A stretch of DNA of 63,941 bases, the filler included, from Octopus bimaculoides (taxonomy: Eukaryota), in NCBI RefSeq assembly GCF_001194135.2. It is 5 parts of 4 records of this genome, joined end to end, with 100 filler letters (N's around TTAATTAATTAA, not from the genome) between each part and the next. Parts side by side here need not be neighbours in the genome. Positions count along the whole stretch, not along the records: positions 1 to 26,521 come from NC_069000.1; 4 more parts are not named here. One strand, written 5' to 3'. Positions 1 through 11,440 of the stretch are shown here, one piece after another. Below the pieces are notes generated by a model that was not told the origin of the DNA, ran no database searches, and worked only from the letters and a program-made list of their open reading frames with translations. Position 1 is the first letter of the stretch; the number at the start of each line of letters is the position of its first letter. A program made the translations under genes and the position numbers.

Positions 1-400
1 TATACACACACACACATACACATACACATACACATTCCTCCAGCAATTCCTACATCCACACCTATTTATATACACACATACATACATACATACATACATA
101 CATACATACATACATTCATATATATATATATATATAGATAGATATACATTTATGCACACACACATATATATATGCGTACACACAAATACACATACATACA
201 CACTTACTTATATTTGCATGCATACACATACATGCACACACATAAACACAATAACCTCATATCCAAGTATATATACGCATATAAATACATAGATAACATG
301 CTAGCAAACAACCACAATGACTTCACACACACACACTAACACTAACTCTAACACACAAACACACACTAATACCCTCACACCCCCTTCTCCTCTGTATCTC
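1..400. repeat. Compound (CA)n/(TA)n/(CATA)n microsatellite
   Basis: Directly visible di- and tetranucleotide runs. Confidence 0.95.
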
Positions 401-460
401 ACCCTCCATTTCTCTATTAATACTTGGAGTCAAAATAGATATTATTATTTTTAAACACAG

Positions 461-895
461 CACCTTAGGATATTGAAAATTGATCTTGGGGAGATATTGT
501 TAAATGATTTCCCCCTTAGGATATTGAAAATTCATCTAGAAACATTATTTTAGTAGTTCTTTTAATATTAAAAATTCATAATGGAAATATTGTTATGCAG
601 TCTCTGAGGATGTTGATAATTCATCTTGTAGACATTGTAACATAGACCCCTTAGGATGTTGATAATTCATTTGAGAAGCATGATAATATGGTTGTTTAAG
701 TTATTGAAGATGTATCTTGTGAAAGATTACAATATTGACACTTTGAATATTAAAAATGTATCATGGAAATATCTTTAGATATCCCATTAGGGTAATGAAA
801 TTTTCATCTCTTAAATATTATTATTTTGTGGCCCCTTAAGATATTAAAAGTTTTTTCTCAAAAATAATTATCACTTGGCAGTTCTTGATATTGAT
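461..895. repeat. Degenerate ~45-bp minisatellite, about 10 copies
   Basis: The motif cttaggatattgaaaattcatct recurs near 464, 515, 560, 604, 650, 695, 741, 786, 835 and 881. Confidence 0.75.
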
Positions 896-1186
896 TTATT
901 TTGACTGGAAGAAAGATTAGGAGTGGGTAGGGGTGGTAGGAATTGGTGAGTAGTAAGTTGGAAGTACCTCTACATGTAACTGGAGCTAGTATGGTTCAAG
1001 AGAGTAGGATGTGACATCAGAGAGAGATTTGGCTATTTCTTGCAGATTGAGAGACAACATACATTAACACAAAAACATTAATGCAAACTCATCTATCTAT
1101 ATATTTGGTGTCAGCAACATATAATAAATAAGAATACAAAGCTGGCTCTTTACAAAACATACATACATATGCACAGATATATATGT

Positions 1187-1335
1187 GATGGCTTCTTTCG
1201 ATTTCCATCTACGGAATCCATTAACAAGGCCTGAGGCTAAAGTAAAAGACACTTGCTGAAGGTGCCACACAGTGAGACTGAACCTGAAATCATGTGGTTG
1301 TGAAACAAGCTTCTTACCACACAGCCATGCTTGCA
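1187..1335 (-). mobile_element. SINE family A, 5' part
   Basis: Reverse complement reads gcatggctgtgtggtaagaagcttg...ggttcagtctcactgtgtggcacc, matching the copies at 24005 and 53599. Confidence 0.85.
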
Positions 1336-1589
1336 CTGCCACAAGTTCACAAGTATTTTTTGTTTTTATAAGCTCGAACATTTTTATTTAGTTAAGCTAT
1401 GAGGCTGTAATGTAGAAGAAACATCTGCTGGAACACAGCCTATCGGCCAGAGTAGAACTCTGATCATAAGATATTTTGTGAACATAATAAATAACCTAAA
1501 AAGTGTAAATACTCACTTCAGTAATGGACGACCATTGGATTGCAGAGAAAGTCCCTCTCCAAAGCACAAGTCCATGCAAGATTGTTTAT

Positions 1590-1838
1590 GGAAGACCAGC
1601 AGTCACCCATGCATACCAGCCTCTCCTCTCCACACCACTCATGTTATCCAAGGGAAAGGCAAAGGTTGATACAGCTTGGCACCAGTGACATCACAATTTA
1701 TTTCTACAAATGAATGAACTGAAGCAACATGAAATAAAGTGCCTTGCTCAAGAACACGTCACAGCCCAGTTCGGGATTCAAATTCACTTTCTCATGATCA
1801 TGAGCCCGACACTCTAACCACTGAGCCATGTAACTTCA
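1590..1838 (-). mobile_element. SINE family C (tRNA-like head)
   Basis: Reverse complement has gctcagtggttagagtg...tgaatcccgaactggg and ttcttgagcaaggcactttatttca, shared with the copies at 17625 and 42354. Confidence 0.8.
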
Positions 1839-1899
1839 CAATAAATAACCTAATAGTTACTTTTTTGATATCCCTGTTGTATCGAACAGGGAGATTCTG

Positions 1900-2175
1900 G
1901 ACTTGAGAAGGTATCTGGTGGAGATGCATCAGTTGTTAGGTAGTGGTGGGGGATGGAACAAACATAGACACAAAGATACATGTACGTGCGCGTGCACACA
2001 CACACATACACATACACACACATACATGATGAGCTTCTTTCAGTTTCTATCTACCAAATCCCTTCACAGCTTTGGTCAGTCCAAGTTTATGGGAGAAATC
2101 ACTTGCCCAAGGTGCCATGCAGTGGGACTGAACCCAGAACCATGTGGTTGGGAAGCAAATTTCTTACCACACAGA
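1900..2175 (-). mobile_element. SINE family A
   Basis: Head ctgtgtggtaagaa...ggttctgggttcagtcccactgcatggcaccttgggcaag, plus internal microsatellite. Confidence 0.85.
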
Positions 2176-2599
2176 CAGACTTGCACCTATTTGGTTACTT
2201 CTCTAGCATTCAGTTCTTTGGACAAAAATCAGTTCTTCCAAGTGGCATCAAATGAAAACATTCCATTCTTTAGACAAAGATCAGATCTTCTTAGTGGCAT
2301 TATATGGAGGCATTTTCTTGTTTGGATAGAAGTTAGTTCTACCAATTGACAGATCATGGCAATACTCATTTCTTTGAATAGAAGTTAGTTCTGTCAATTG
2401 GAATTACATAGAGACATATGGTTCTTTGCAAAGAGGTGGTGGGAGGTTCTTCTAAATAACACCCATTGAACCAGAATTTAGAATATTACCATGATACTGC
2501 TGTTACTGTTCTTGCTAAACTCACAATCATTCATTTTATGGAAACCATCATAATCATTTCAGTTGCTTTCCAGGTGTGTATGCCTGTATGTGTGTCTAT

Positions 2600-2620
2600 A
2601 TGTGCGTGCACCATGTGTAT

Positions 2621-2666
<46 letters not shown>

Positions 2667-3332
2667 TAACGATCAAGAAACTGGGAAGATATGCACACTG
2701 ACATACATATACAGACATGCATACACACACTTATATATGTAAATCCATATACACTTACACACACACATACACACACACACACATACAAATACACACAAAC
2801 ACATGCATTATATACACATATGCATACACATGTAAATCTAACATACATTTACATTACATCAGTTTTATTAGCCATTTCTACGATTCATTATTCATTACCA
2901 ATTTTGAGTACCATTTATTTATGGTTCTCCTATAGAATGTGGAACTAAGCTGCACCAACTGTCCTGCATGCATAAATGCATGTGAAATTGTAAGCATGTA
3001 TATGTGCATACGTGCATACAGGTGTGTATGCGTGAGTCAATGCAAATATTTATGTATGAACGCACAAATAATATTATGTAGTCTTGCATATTTATAAATG
3101 TATACTTATAAACACACACGTACATAAAGGTATACACTCACATAGAAACAAGCACAGACACACACACACACACATGCACACACACGCACATACACATACA
3201 CATATACAAATGCACATGCACTCTAACACAAACAGGCATACACAAACACATGTATATCATTATATATCTATATCGTTATACATAAGCAAATGTAAATCAG
3301 TGCTCACAAACAGATGCATACATATATATATG

Positions 3333-3391
<59 letters not shown>

Positions 3392-3580
3392 NNNNNNNNN
3401 NTATTTATTTATCTATCTATCTCTCTGTCTATAAATATATGTGTGTGTGTGTATGTATATATATATATATATATATATATGTAGATTGTGATGTGTGTGT
3501 GCTTATATATATATATATATATACACACACACATGCATACATACATATACACGTGTGCACACACACACACACACGTGTGC
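2600..3580. repeat. Compound (GT)n/(CA)n/(TA)n low-complexity block
   Basis: Directly visible; source of many spurious HTHT/CVCV/YIYI ORFs. Confidence 0.9.
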
Positions 3581-3834
3581 ATCTCCCCCCCCCACACTTA
3601 GTATTATACTCCTCTGCTCTTGCAAATGAGTTAATTTAACTTGTTAGTGCTAAGAAAATTCCTTGCAACTGCTTGGTCAAGTGCCCTCCACCACTTGGAT
3701 GAACCAAAGTCTTGTGAATAAAATTTGAATACAGAAGCTTTTTACATTTACTAATACCTTCCTGATAACCTGCATGCATACTACATACACACACACTCAC
3801 ACACACAACGCCCATATATGTGCATATGTATATC

Positions 3835-4100
3835 ATCATTATCATCATCATCATCAACATCATTGTTTTAATGTCCAACTTTCCATTCTCACATAGGTCA
3901 GGTGGAATTTGGTGAGGCATATTTTCTATGGCCGTATGCCATTCCTGTCACAAGCCCCGTCCCCACCTATTTCCATGTAAGGTAATATTTTTCTTTTTGT
4001 CCTCCACCAATTCGTTGTTTTCATAGGTGTTTGGAATGAAGGACACCACTTATATGACAGGGACACACATTTACAACAATTATGTGATGTCATGACAAGA
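3835..4100 (-). mobile_element. Family D repeat with RTE-like 3' tail and (GAT)n end
   Basis: catcatcatc...gttttaatgtccaactttccat...atgccattcctgtcac resembles 57683-57850. Confidence 0.65.
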
Positions 4101-5124
4101 TGATACCTGTTTCTTCTGTCTCCCACACACACATACACATGCACACACATGCTCATTCATCATTCACATGCACACACACACATTTAAATAAATAAATAAA
4201 CAAAGCTATAAATATGTATATATGTATATATACATANNNNNNNNNNNNNNNNNNNNNNNNNNNNNNNNNNNNNNNNNNNNNNNNNNNNNNNNNNNNNNNN
4301 NNNNNNNNNNNNNNNNNNNNNNNNNNNNNNNNNNNNNNNNNNNNNNNNNNNNNNNNNNNNNNNNNNNNNNNNNNNNNNNNNNNNNNNNNNNNNNNNNNNN
4401 NNNNNNNNNNNNNNNNNNNNNNNNNNNNNNNNNNNNNNNNNNNNNNNNNNNNNNNNNNNNNNNNNNNNNNNNNNNNNNNNNNNNNNNNNNNNNNNNNNNN
4501 NNNNNNNNNNNNNNNNNNNNNNNNNNNNNNNNNNNNNNNNNNNNNNNNNNNNNNNNNNNNNNNNNNNNNNNNNNNNNNNNNNNNNNNNNNNNNNNNNNNN
4601 NNNNNNNNNNNNNNNNNNNNNNNNNNNNNNNNNNNNNNNNNNNNNNNNNNNNNNNNNNNNNNNNNNNNNNNNNNNNNNNNNNNNNNNNNNNNNNNNNNNN
4701 NNNNNNNNNNNNNNNNNNNNNNNNNNNNNNNNNNNNNNNNNNNNNNNNNNNNNNNNNNNNNNNNNNNNNNNNNNNNNNNNNNNNNNNNNNNNNNNNNNNN
4801 NNNNNNNNNNNNNNNNNNNNNNNNNNNNNNNNNNNNNNNNNNNNNNNNNNNNNNNNNNNNNNNNNNNNNNNNNNNNNNNNNNNNNTATACATATATATAT
4901 ATATAAGTATATGTATGTGTTCATTGATTCTTTTAGTCTTTTATTTGTTTCAGACTGGAACACTGCTATGTATGTATCTAATACACACCCATACGCACCC
5001 CCACTCACATTCACCCATTCACCCATAGTTTTTTATAGTCCCACATATTTCTATAGTGCATGAATTCAGGATTTGTGTTCTCTCCTAAACAACCCAACTT
5101 CAGCCATGCTCTGCTCCAGATGAA

Positions 5125-5136
5125 TCAGTATGTGTG

Positions 5137-5172
<36 letters not shown>

Positions 5173-5312
5173 TTTGTGTTTGTCCTCCACCAATTGGTGT
5201 TGATTGGCTTATGCCACTATAACTTAGAGGCTCAGCGAGATAGGCCCTTTAAGATGGTGCTCCAGCATGGCTCAGTCGAATGTATGAAACAAGTTTGAGA
5301 TAAAATATTAAA
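5125..5312 (+). mobile_element. SINE family A, 3' half
   Basis: tctttgtgtttgtcctccacc...gtgctccagcatggctcagtc...gaaacaag matches the 3' half of the 24005 copy. Confidence 0.7.
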
Positions 5313-5358
5313 GATATGGAGGGTAGACTGGTCAGTCATTTAATTAAGATAGTTAATA

Positions 5359-5858
5359 CAGGTCATCATTGACTTACGACCACAATTGGTTCTGACTGAC
5401 TGATTGTAAGTCGATTTGGTTGTAAGTCTACATAGCTTTGTTTTATATTTTTACATTCTTAAGGTAAGAATATATTTTTACATTCTTAAGGTGAGAATAT
5501 ATTTTTACATTCTCAGGTAAAAGTCACACGCAAAATTCTGTTTTATACTATTATACTGGCATTAGTCAAAAATTTTAGAGTCTCAAACAGTTGTCTTATA
5601 AACAAATATGAGGTTGCCTCGATGTCTCCACGACAGGATATTCATCCAACACTCAGGTTAACCACAGTGGCAATCAATAATCAAACCTAGGGGAAGTGTT
5701 TGTTAGCTGATATCATCTGTAGATGGGTTAATTTCTATGAAATTAAGCCCATTAAATTTCAGCTGGACTATTTATTATTGCTGCTGGGAGCTGGTGTGCC
5801 AATTGTCATAAAGTCAATTGGTCATAAGTTGGATAGGTCATAAGTTGATGGCGGCCTG
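5359..5858. mobile_element. Tigger/pogo-like non-autonomous DNA transposon (500 bp)
   Basis: TA-caggtcatcattgacttacgacc at the left end and ggtcataagttgatggcggcctg-TA at the right are imperfect TIRs with TA duplication. Three ~30-bp internal tandem copies lie at about 5444-5520. Confidence 0.8.
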
Positions 5859-5873
5859 TATATGTGAATAAAT

Positions 5874-6314
5874 AAGGCAGAGGGTTGGCAGAATTGTTAG
5901 CATGCTGAGAAAAATGCTTAGAAGTATTTCGTCTATCATTACAATCAGAGTTCAAATTCTTATTTCTTTATTGCCCACAAGGGGCTAAACATAGAGGGAA
6001 CAAACAAGGACAGACAAAGGATTAAGTCGATTACATTGACCCCAGTGCGTAACTGGTACTTTATTTATCGACCCCTAAAGGATGAAAGGCAAAGTCAACC
6101 TCGGCGGAATCTGAACTCAGAACGTAGCAGCAGACGAAATACTGCTAAGTATTTCGCCAGGTGTGCTAACGTTTCTGCCAACTCGTTCTGGTCAACTTTG
6201 CCTTTCATCATTTTGGGGTTGATAAAATAAGTACCAAAAATCGATCACTGGAGTCCAAGTAATTGACTTACGCCTTCCCTTGAAATTGCTGGCCTTGCGC
6301 TAAAGTTTGAAACC
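5874..6314 (+). mobile_element. SINE family B host copy, split by a nested B2 copy
   Basis: Head aaggcagagggttggcagaattgttagc...gagttcaaattc (to 5959) resumes at 6189 as tggtcaactttgcctttcatc...ggccttgcgctaaagtttgaaacc. Confidence 0.85.
5960..6186 (-). mobile_element. SINE variant B2, nested in opposite orientation
   Basis: Family-B head and core, with variant tail ...ctctatgtttagccccttgtgggcaataaagaaataa on the minus strand. Confidence 0.9.
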
Positions 6315-6894
6315 TATATCTGTGAATAAATAAACAGATTTGACAAAATGAAGGAACTAGTTAGATAAATACATTGTTTTCAAGTTGTGTTTAGTTTAAG
6401 CAGCATTATCTTCATCATCATTATCATTATCGTTATCCTCCTCCTCATCATCATCATCATCTGAAGGGTATTGGACAGGGGATTAAAACAAGTAATAAAT
6501 AAAAGTTCTAAAGTAATTAAGTTTTTGTCAGTATTATAATCATCATCATTATCCAATAGAGAACATTGAATCATTAAATTGAAAATAGTTGTACAATTCA
6601 AAATGTGTTTTTATTTGAAAATATTGAGGTATTTTCTTCTAAATTTAAAGCTTTTAAAATTTTAAAAGACAGGTAAGAGGAATCTTCTTCTTCTTCTTCT
6701 TCTTCTTTTTCTTCTTCTTCTTCTTCTTCTTCTTCTTCTTCTTCTTCTNNNNNNNNNNNNNNNNNNNNNNNNNNNNNNNNNNNNNNNNNNNNNNNNNNNN
6801 NTCCTCCTCCTCCTCCTCCTCTTCCTCTTCCTCCTCCTCCTCACTTTTGTTATCATTTCTATTACTAATCACCATCATTTTGTATTATTATTAT

Positions 6895-7255
6895 TAATGT
6901 TAAGGTAAAACTACTTTGAAGACAGAATAAAGATTAAATTATATTTTATAAATTAAGTTAAGATAATCCCTCATTTGTTTGTATTACATCAATAAAGTGT
7001 TAAAGGATTAAGGGAATGGCAATCTATTACACTAATTTATTATAGTGAATCATTTATGGTTTATGACTCAAGGGTTTGTTAAAACGATCACTGTTTAGTG
7101 TTAAATGAAGAAAAGGTAATTTAATTTTGATTTAAATTTGTAAGTATAATATATATATTATAAATCATTTTATTAAAGAAGAAATTTATATAACACTGTG
7201 ATATAATAAAAATACTAACAACATTGTTGTTAACAAGAACTATTAATATTTGGTA
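6895..7255 (-). mobile_element. Highly decayed Penelope-like fragment (post-RT linker region)
   Basis: Inverted homolog of ~9420-9840 (shared attaaattatattt.ataaattaag and gtattacatcaataaa...ttaaaggattaaggga). It is collinear with the PLE RT remnant at 7700-8350. Confidence 0.5.
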
Positions 7256-7259
7256 TAAT

Positions 7260-7656
7260 TTAGGCACTGAATTAGCAGAGTTTTTGGCATGCTGGACAAA
7301 ATGTTTAATGGTATTTTGTTAGTCTTGATGTTCTGAATTCAAATTCCACTGAAGTTGGCTTTGCTTTTCCTCCTTTTGGGGTGAATGAAATAAATACCAG
7401 ATAATCAGTGGAGTCGATGAAATTGACTTACCATATTTTAATGTGTATAAGGATCCCTTTTTTGTCAAAAATTAGGTAAAAAAAAATATGGGAGTTTCTT
7501 ATACAGGGATAGTATTATAATCCCTTACAACACCTTTTTCCCAAATTTTAAGCCCTAAAAATTAGGGGACTCCTTATACACAATTGTTCTTTATACACGT
7601 TAAAATATGGTACCTTCTCCCACTGAATAGCTGGCCTTGTGCCAAAATTTCAAACC
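7260..7656 (+). mobile_element. SINE family B, interrupted by a MITE
   Basis: Head and core to ...aattgactTA (7430); tail resumes after the MITE as ccttctcccactgaatagctggccttgtgccaaaatttcaaacc. Confidence 0.85.
7431..7610. mobile_element. 180-bp Tc1/mariner-pogo-type MITE
   Basis: 20-bp TIR ccatattttaatgtgtataa / ttatacacgttaaaatatgg (1 mismatch), flanked by TA at 7429-7430 and 7611-7612. Confidence 0.9.
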
Positions 7657-7699
7657 AATATTTCAAAATAGGGTATTATTATAGTATTATAAAGGGCCC

Positions 7700-8350
7700 T
7701 TGAAAATGTGCTTAACAGCTGATAAGTGTCAGATTCTGAGGGATATGTTTATTCACAAAATTCCTTATGATGATCTTAATGGGGTTTGATGAGTGAGTGT
7801 AGTGCAAAGACTTGTATTTGTAAAATGGAAAATATAAAGAAATATTCAGGTTAGGGTTACATTCTGGTAATTGGTGTAGGTAAGGGTAGTGCTCACAGTG
7901 ACATGTAAGCAAGATTCTTAAAGAGAGATTACAAGTTATTCTAAATCTCTCGATTTTGCATTGCAATTATAGCACTGATAGTCCACCATCCTGATAAATT
8001 CCTCTGATGATGTCATAATTACCATGATAATTAAAGGCTTTAACAGATAGGGATTTAGTTATTGTAGATATATTTCTATGTATAAACTGGGAGAACCAAA
8101 ATTTGAGATGAAGTATTCAATATATAATGTAGAGCAGAAAATTTGTTAATCAAGATAATAGATTTAACAAGAATAGTTGTTATCACTCCCCTCAGAATTT
8201 GTTTGAGATCCTTGAAATATGGGAAGTCTATGGTGCATGATAAGGTAAAGTTTGAAAGGGTAGGTTCTGGTAATACTAGAATTTGTCTGACAATTGGTTG
8301 GTCAGTAAGCCAAATAATTACTATTAAATACTTAGTTATGTAAATAATCC
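7700..8350 (-). mobile_element. Decayed Penelope-like reverse transcriptase fragment
   Basis: Minus-strand translation GIYQDGGLSVL...NPNLNISLYFPFYK...LHYTHSSNPIKIIIRN resembles the PLE RT motif GLYRDDGL and downstream LNL/YIH.SNHP segments; contains stops. Confidence 0.55.
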
Positions 8351-8357
8351 TTTCTGT

Positions 8358-8562
8358 TAGAGACACAAGGTCTGAAATTTGCGGGGAGATGTTTATTAAA
8401 TTACATTGACCCCAGTGCTCAACTGGTACTTATTTCATCGACCCCGAAAGGATGAAAGGCAAAGTTTACCTTGGCGGAATTTGAACTCAGAACATAAAGG
8501 TGGGAAAAATGCTTAATAGTATATTGTCTGGCATGCTAAAGATTCTGCCAGTGAGCTGCTTG
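8358..8562 (-). mobile_element. SINE family B
   Basis: Core atcgaccccgaaaggatgaaaggcaaag...ggaatttgaactcagaac on the plus strand. Confidence 0.9.
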
Positions 8563-8709
8563 TAGGTATGTAAATGACGTGGTTGGGGAATAAATGAAAT
8601 GGTTGTATTTAGAATGAAAATAAGAAGGATGACCTCTAGGTCAACCATTCCACTATCACTTCAAATAAAGTCATTTAACATTAAATGTTAATTATTTTCT
8701 CGTTTTGCT

Positions 8710-9840
8710 TGCCTCACTAGAATTTGATGATTTAATAATACAATAAATAATAAAAAAAATGTTCTTGTCAATGGTGCTGCTATCATCTTTAGCCTATTTC
8801 GATATTACACATGACTTCTTTCTCTGCATTATTATTAAAATATAAAAGGATAGGTTTATAAAATTTGTTTATACTTTCAAATTTAAATATAATTAAAACG
8901 TTTGGTTTACATTCTTTTTTTCCATATAACACTAAACAGGATACCATTTCACAAACCACGAATCATAGACCATAACTGATTAAATATCTTAAATTAGGCT
9001 AATAAATCGCTATTCTCTTAATCCTTTAAAAGCTTTGTTAATGTAACAATAACTAAAGTTTCCACATTATTTACCATACACCACTTATTCTCTCCTTCAG
9101 CTCCACCAACTATGTCCTGTTATAAGCATTTATAGTTAAAAACCACTTACATCACTTATGGCCCCTATTGCCTCCCATATCCCCATTTCTTTGTCTTATA
9201 GTATTTTACAATTTATAACTAATAGATCCTTTCAGAGCTTGTAACATTCATGTCACCACAATTACCATCTTATATACTTAATTTCTCCAGTTTATCCCTG
9301 TCTAACAAGTCTATTTACTATATATTTCCTATTTAATACTATACAACACACCTCAAAGACTCAAACACATTATTTTTTCATTTTATAAATCTCACTAGGA
9401 TTTGATAATTTAATAACACAAACAATTAAAATAATTATTGTTAAAGCTGATGCTGTCACCATTTTTATTATAAAACTATTGTTATCATGTTTATTACATT
9501 AAACTATATTAACTATATTATTCACATTACTTCTTTCTCTTCATTATCATTAAAATGAAAGGAAAAAAAAATGATTATCAATGTTTATTATACTTTCAAA
9601 TTTAAACCAAAATTGAAATGCCTTTTCTCCATTTAACTCTAAACAGAAATCATTTTACAAACCATGAATTACAAAACCATAAATGATTCAATATCATAAA
9701 TTAGAGTAATAAATTGTTATTCCCTTAATCCTTTAAATAGTTTATTGATGTAATACTATCAACCAAAATTAATCTTAATTTATGAAATATAATTTAATTT
9801 TTACTGTAACGTTAAACTAAATTTTCTTTAACATTAACTA
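8710..9840 (+). mobile_element. Two diverged direct copies of a ~330-bp AT-rich unit, probably decayed PLE
   Basis: About 8710-9060 aligns with about 9390-9770 (ctcactag.atttgat, ttatactttcaaatttaaa, cttaatcctttaaa). Weak similarity to the FTPPY...LIDRHF region of the PLE at 57335. Confidence 0.5.
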
Positions 9841-9889
9841 CTACCACTACAGATAATAGCAGCAACAACAACAACAACGATAATAGTAG

Positions 9890-10013
9890 TTTCAAATTTT
9901 GCCACAAGGGCAGTTATTTTGGGATCGACTCCAATGTTTCACTGGTACTTAATTTATTGATCCTGAAAGGATGAAAGGCAAAGTCAACCTTGGGGGAATT
10001 TGAACTCAGAACG
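9890..10013 (-). mobile_element. SINE family B, 5'-truncated
   Basis: Tail and core present; ends in (TAA)n. Confidence 0.85.
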
Positions 10014-10067
<54 letters not shown>

Positions 10068-10068
<1 letters not shown>

Positions 10069-10255
10069 GTTTCTTTATTAGTCACAAAGGCTTGAAGAAA
10101 TACTAAACATACAACACTTTCACTGCAGATTACAAAGAAAGAAAGGAAAATGCAGAGTGTGCAAAATATGTTAACAAATATGAAGCGAGGTGGGTGAGAG
10201 ATGTAGACGTTATGCAATACATGGAAGGACGCATTAAGAATTTTGAAGGTACACA
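10068..10255 (-). mobile_element. Tx1/L1-like LINE 3' end with (TTA)n tail
   Basis: Reverse complement ends cctttgtgactaataaagaaactg(tta)n, like the 3' ends at 19055, 19250, 46236 and 52292. Confidence 0.55.
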
Positions 10256-10420
10256 CATGCACACACCCACACACTTGCACACATAAGTGTATGCACATGC
10301 ATACACAAACACACATATATAGAAAAATGTACACACATATATCACATACATATTTGCATGGAAATGTATGTAAAAGGTACAATAAAACATCAAAATTAAA
10401 ACATGACATTATTTAAGTAC

Positions 10421-10715
10421 AGGCATGGCTGTGTGGTTAAAAAGCTCACTTTATTACCATGTGGTTTCAGGTTCAGTCCCTTTGAGTAGCACCATAGGTG
10501 AGTGTCTTTTACTATAGTCCAAGGCCAGCCAATACTTTGTGAGTTTAGTAGACATCGATGTCTTTCTGTCTGTGCTTGTATCCCTACAAACCCCCTTGAC
10601 CCCTGGTGTTGATTTGTTTATTTTCCCAAAACTTTACAATTCAGGAAAAGAGACCAATGACAGAAGAGCTTGACATAGATACAGGGGTCAACTTGTTTGA
10701 CTAAAATCCTTCAAG
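10421..10715 (+). mobile_element. SINE family A (diverged)
   Basis: aggcatggctgtgtggttaaaaagc...ggttcagtccc...gtttgactaaaatccttcaag. Confidence 0.8.
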
Positions 10716-10723
10716 AGGGTTTT

Positions 10724-11006
10724 ATTCTATCGGTCTCTTTGGGTGAACAGCTAAGTTACAGGGATGTAAATACACCAGCATTGGTTGTCAAACGATGTGG
10801 GGGGAGGGACAAACACAGACACACAAACACACACACACACACACATATATACGATGGGCTTCTTTCAGTTTCTGTCTACTAAATCTACTCACAAGGCTTT
10901 GGTCGGCCTGAGGCTATAGTAGAAGACACTTGCCCAAGGTGCTACACAGTGGGACTGAACCCGGAACCATGTGGTTGGTAAGCAAGCTGCTTACCACACA
11001 GCCACT
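10724..11006 (-). mobile_element. SINE family A
   Basis: Well-preserved head and body on the minus strand. Confidence 0.9.
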
Positions 11007-11016
11007 CTTAATAATA

Positions 11017-11203
11017 ATCTTTTCTACTATGGACACAAGGCCTGAAATTTGTGGGGAGGGGACCAGTCGATTACCTTAACCTGTGTTTCACTTAATTTAT
11101 TGACCCCATAAGGATGAAAGACAAAGTTGACCTCAGCAGAATTTGAACTCAGAATGTAAAAATGGACAAAATACCACTATGCATTTTGCCCAGTGTGCTA
11201 ACC
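11017..11203 (-). mobile_element. SINE family B (CpG-decayed)
   Basis: Family-B core with its CpG sites converted to TG/CA. Confidence 0.85.
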
Positions 11204-11400
11204 ATAATAATAATATTAATAATAATTGGTACTTGGGTGTTAAGTATCTTCCATCTTCCATTATACTTAATATCTAGGTACCACGTCTTATAATTCATGG
11301 AAAGAGGCCCTTTGAGACCCTGTAAGACCTTTGGCAACAGGTTGCTGTCTGCTCTCACAGAATTAACCAGAGTAAGTAAGATTGAGAGCGCTGAAAATTA

Positions 11401-11431
<31 letters not shown>

Positions 11432-11440
11432 GTAATAATA

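Noticed and set aside
2531-3639. HTHT/CVCV/YIYI and poly-amino-acid ORFs here and throughout the track
   Set aside because: Translations of di-, tri- and tetranucleotide microsatellites, with no splice or domain support.
4184-5028. Long ORFs over N-gaps (also 21637-22310, 30366-31563, 34287-35024, 40558-41429)
   Set aside because: Open only because N codons contain no stops; flanks are microsatellites.
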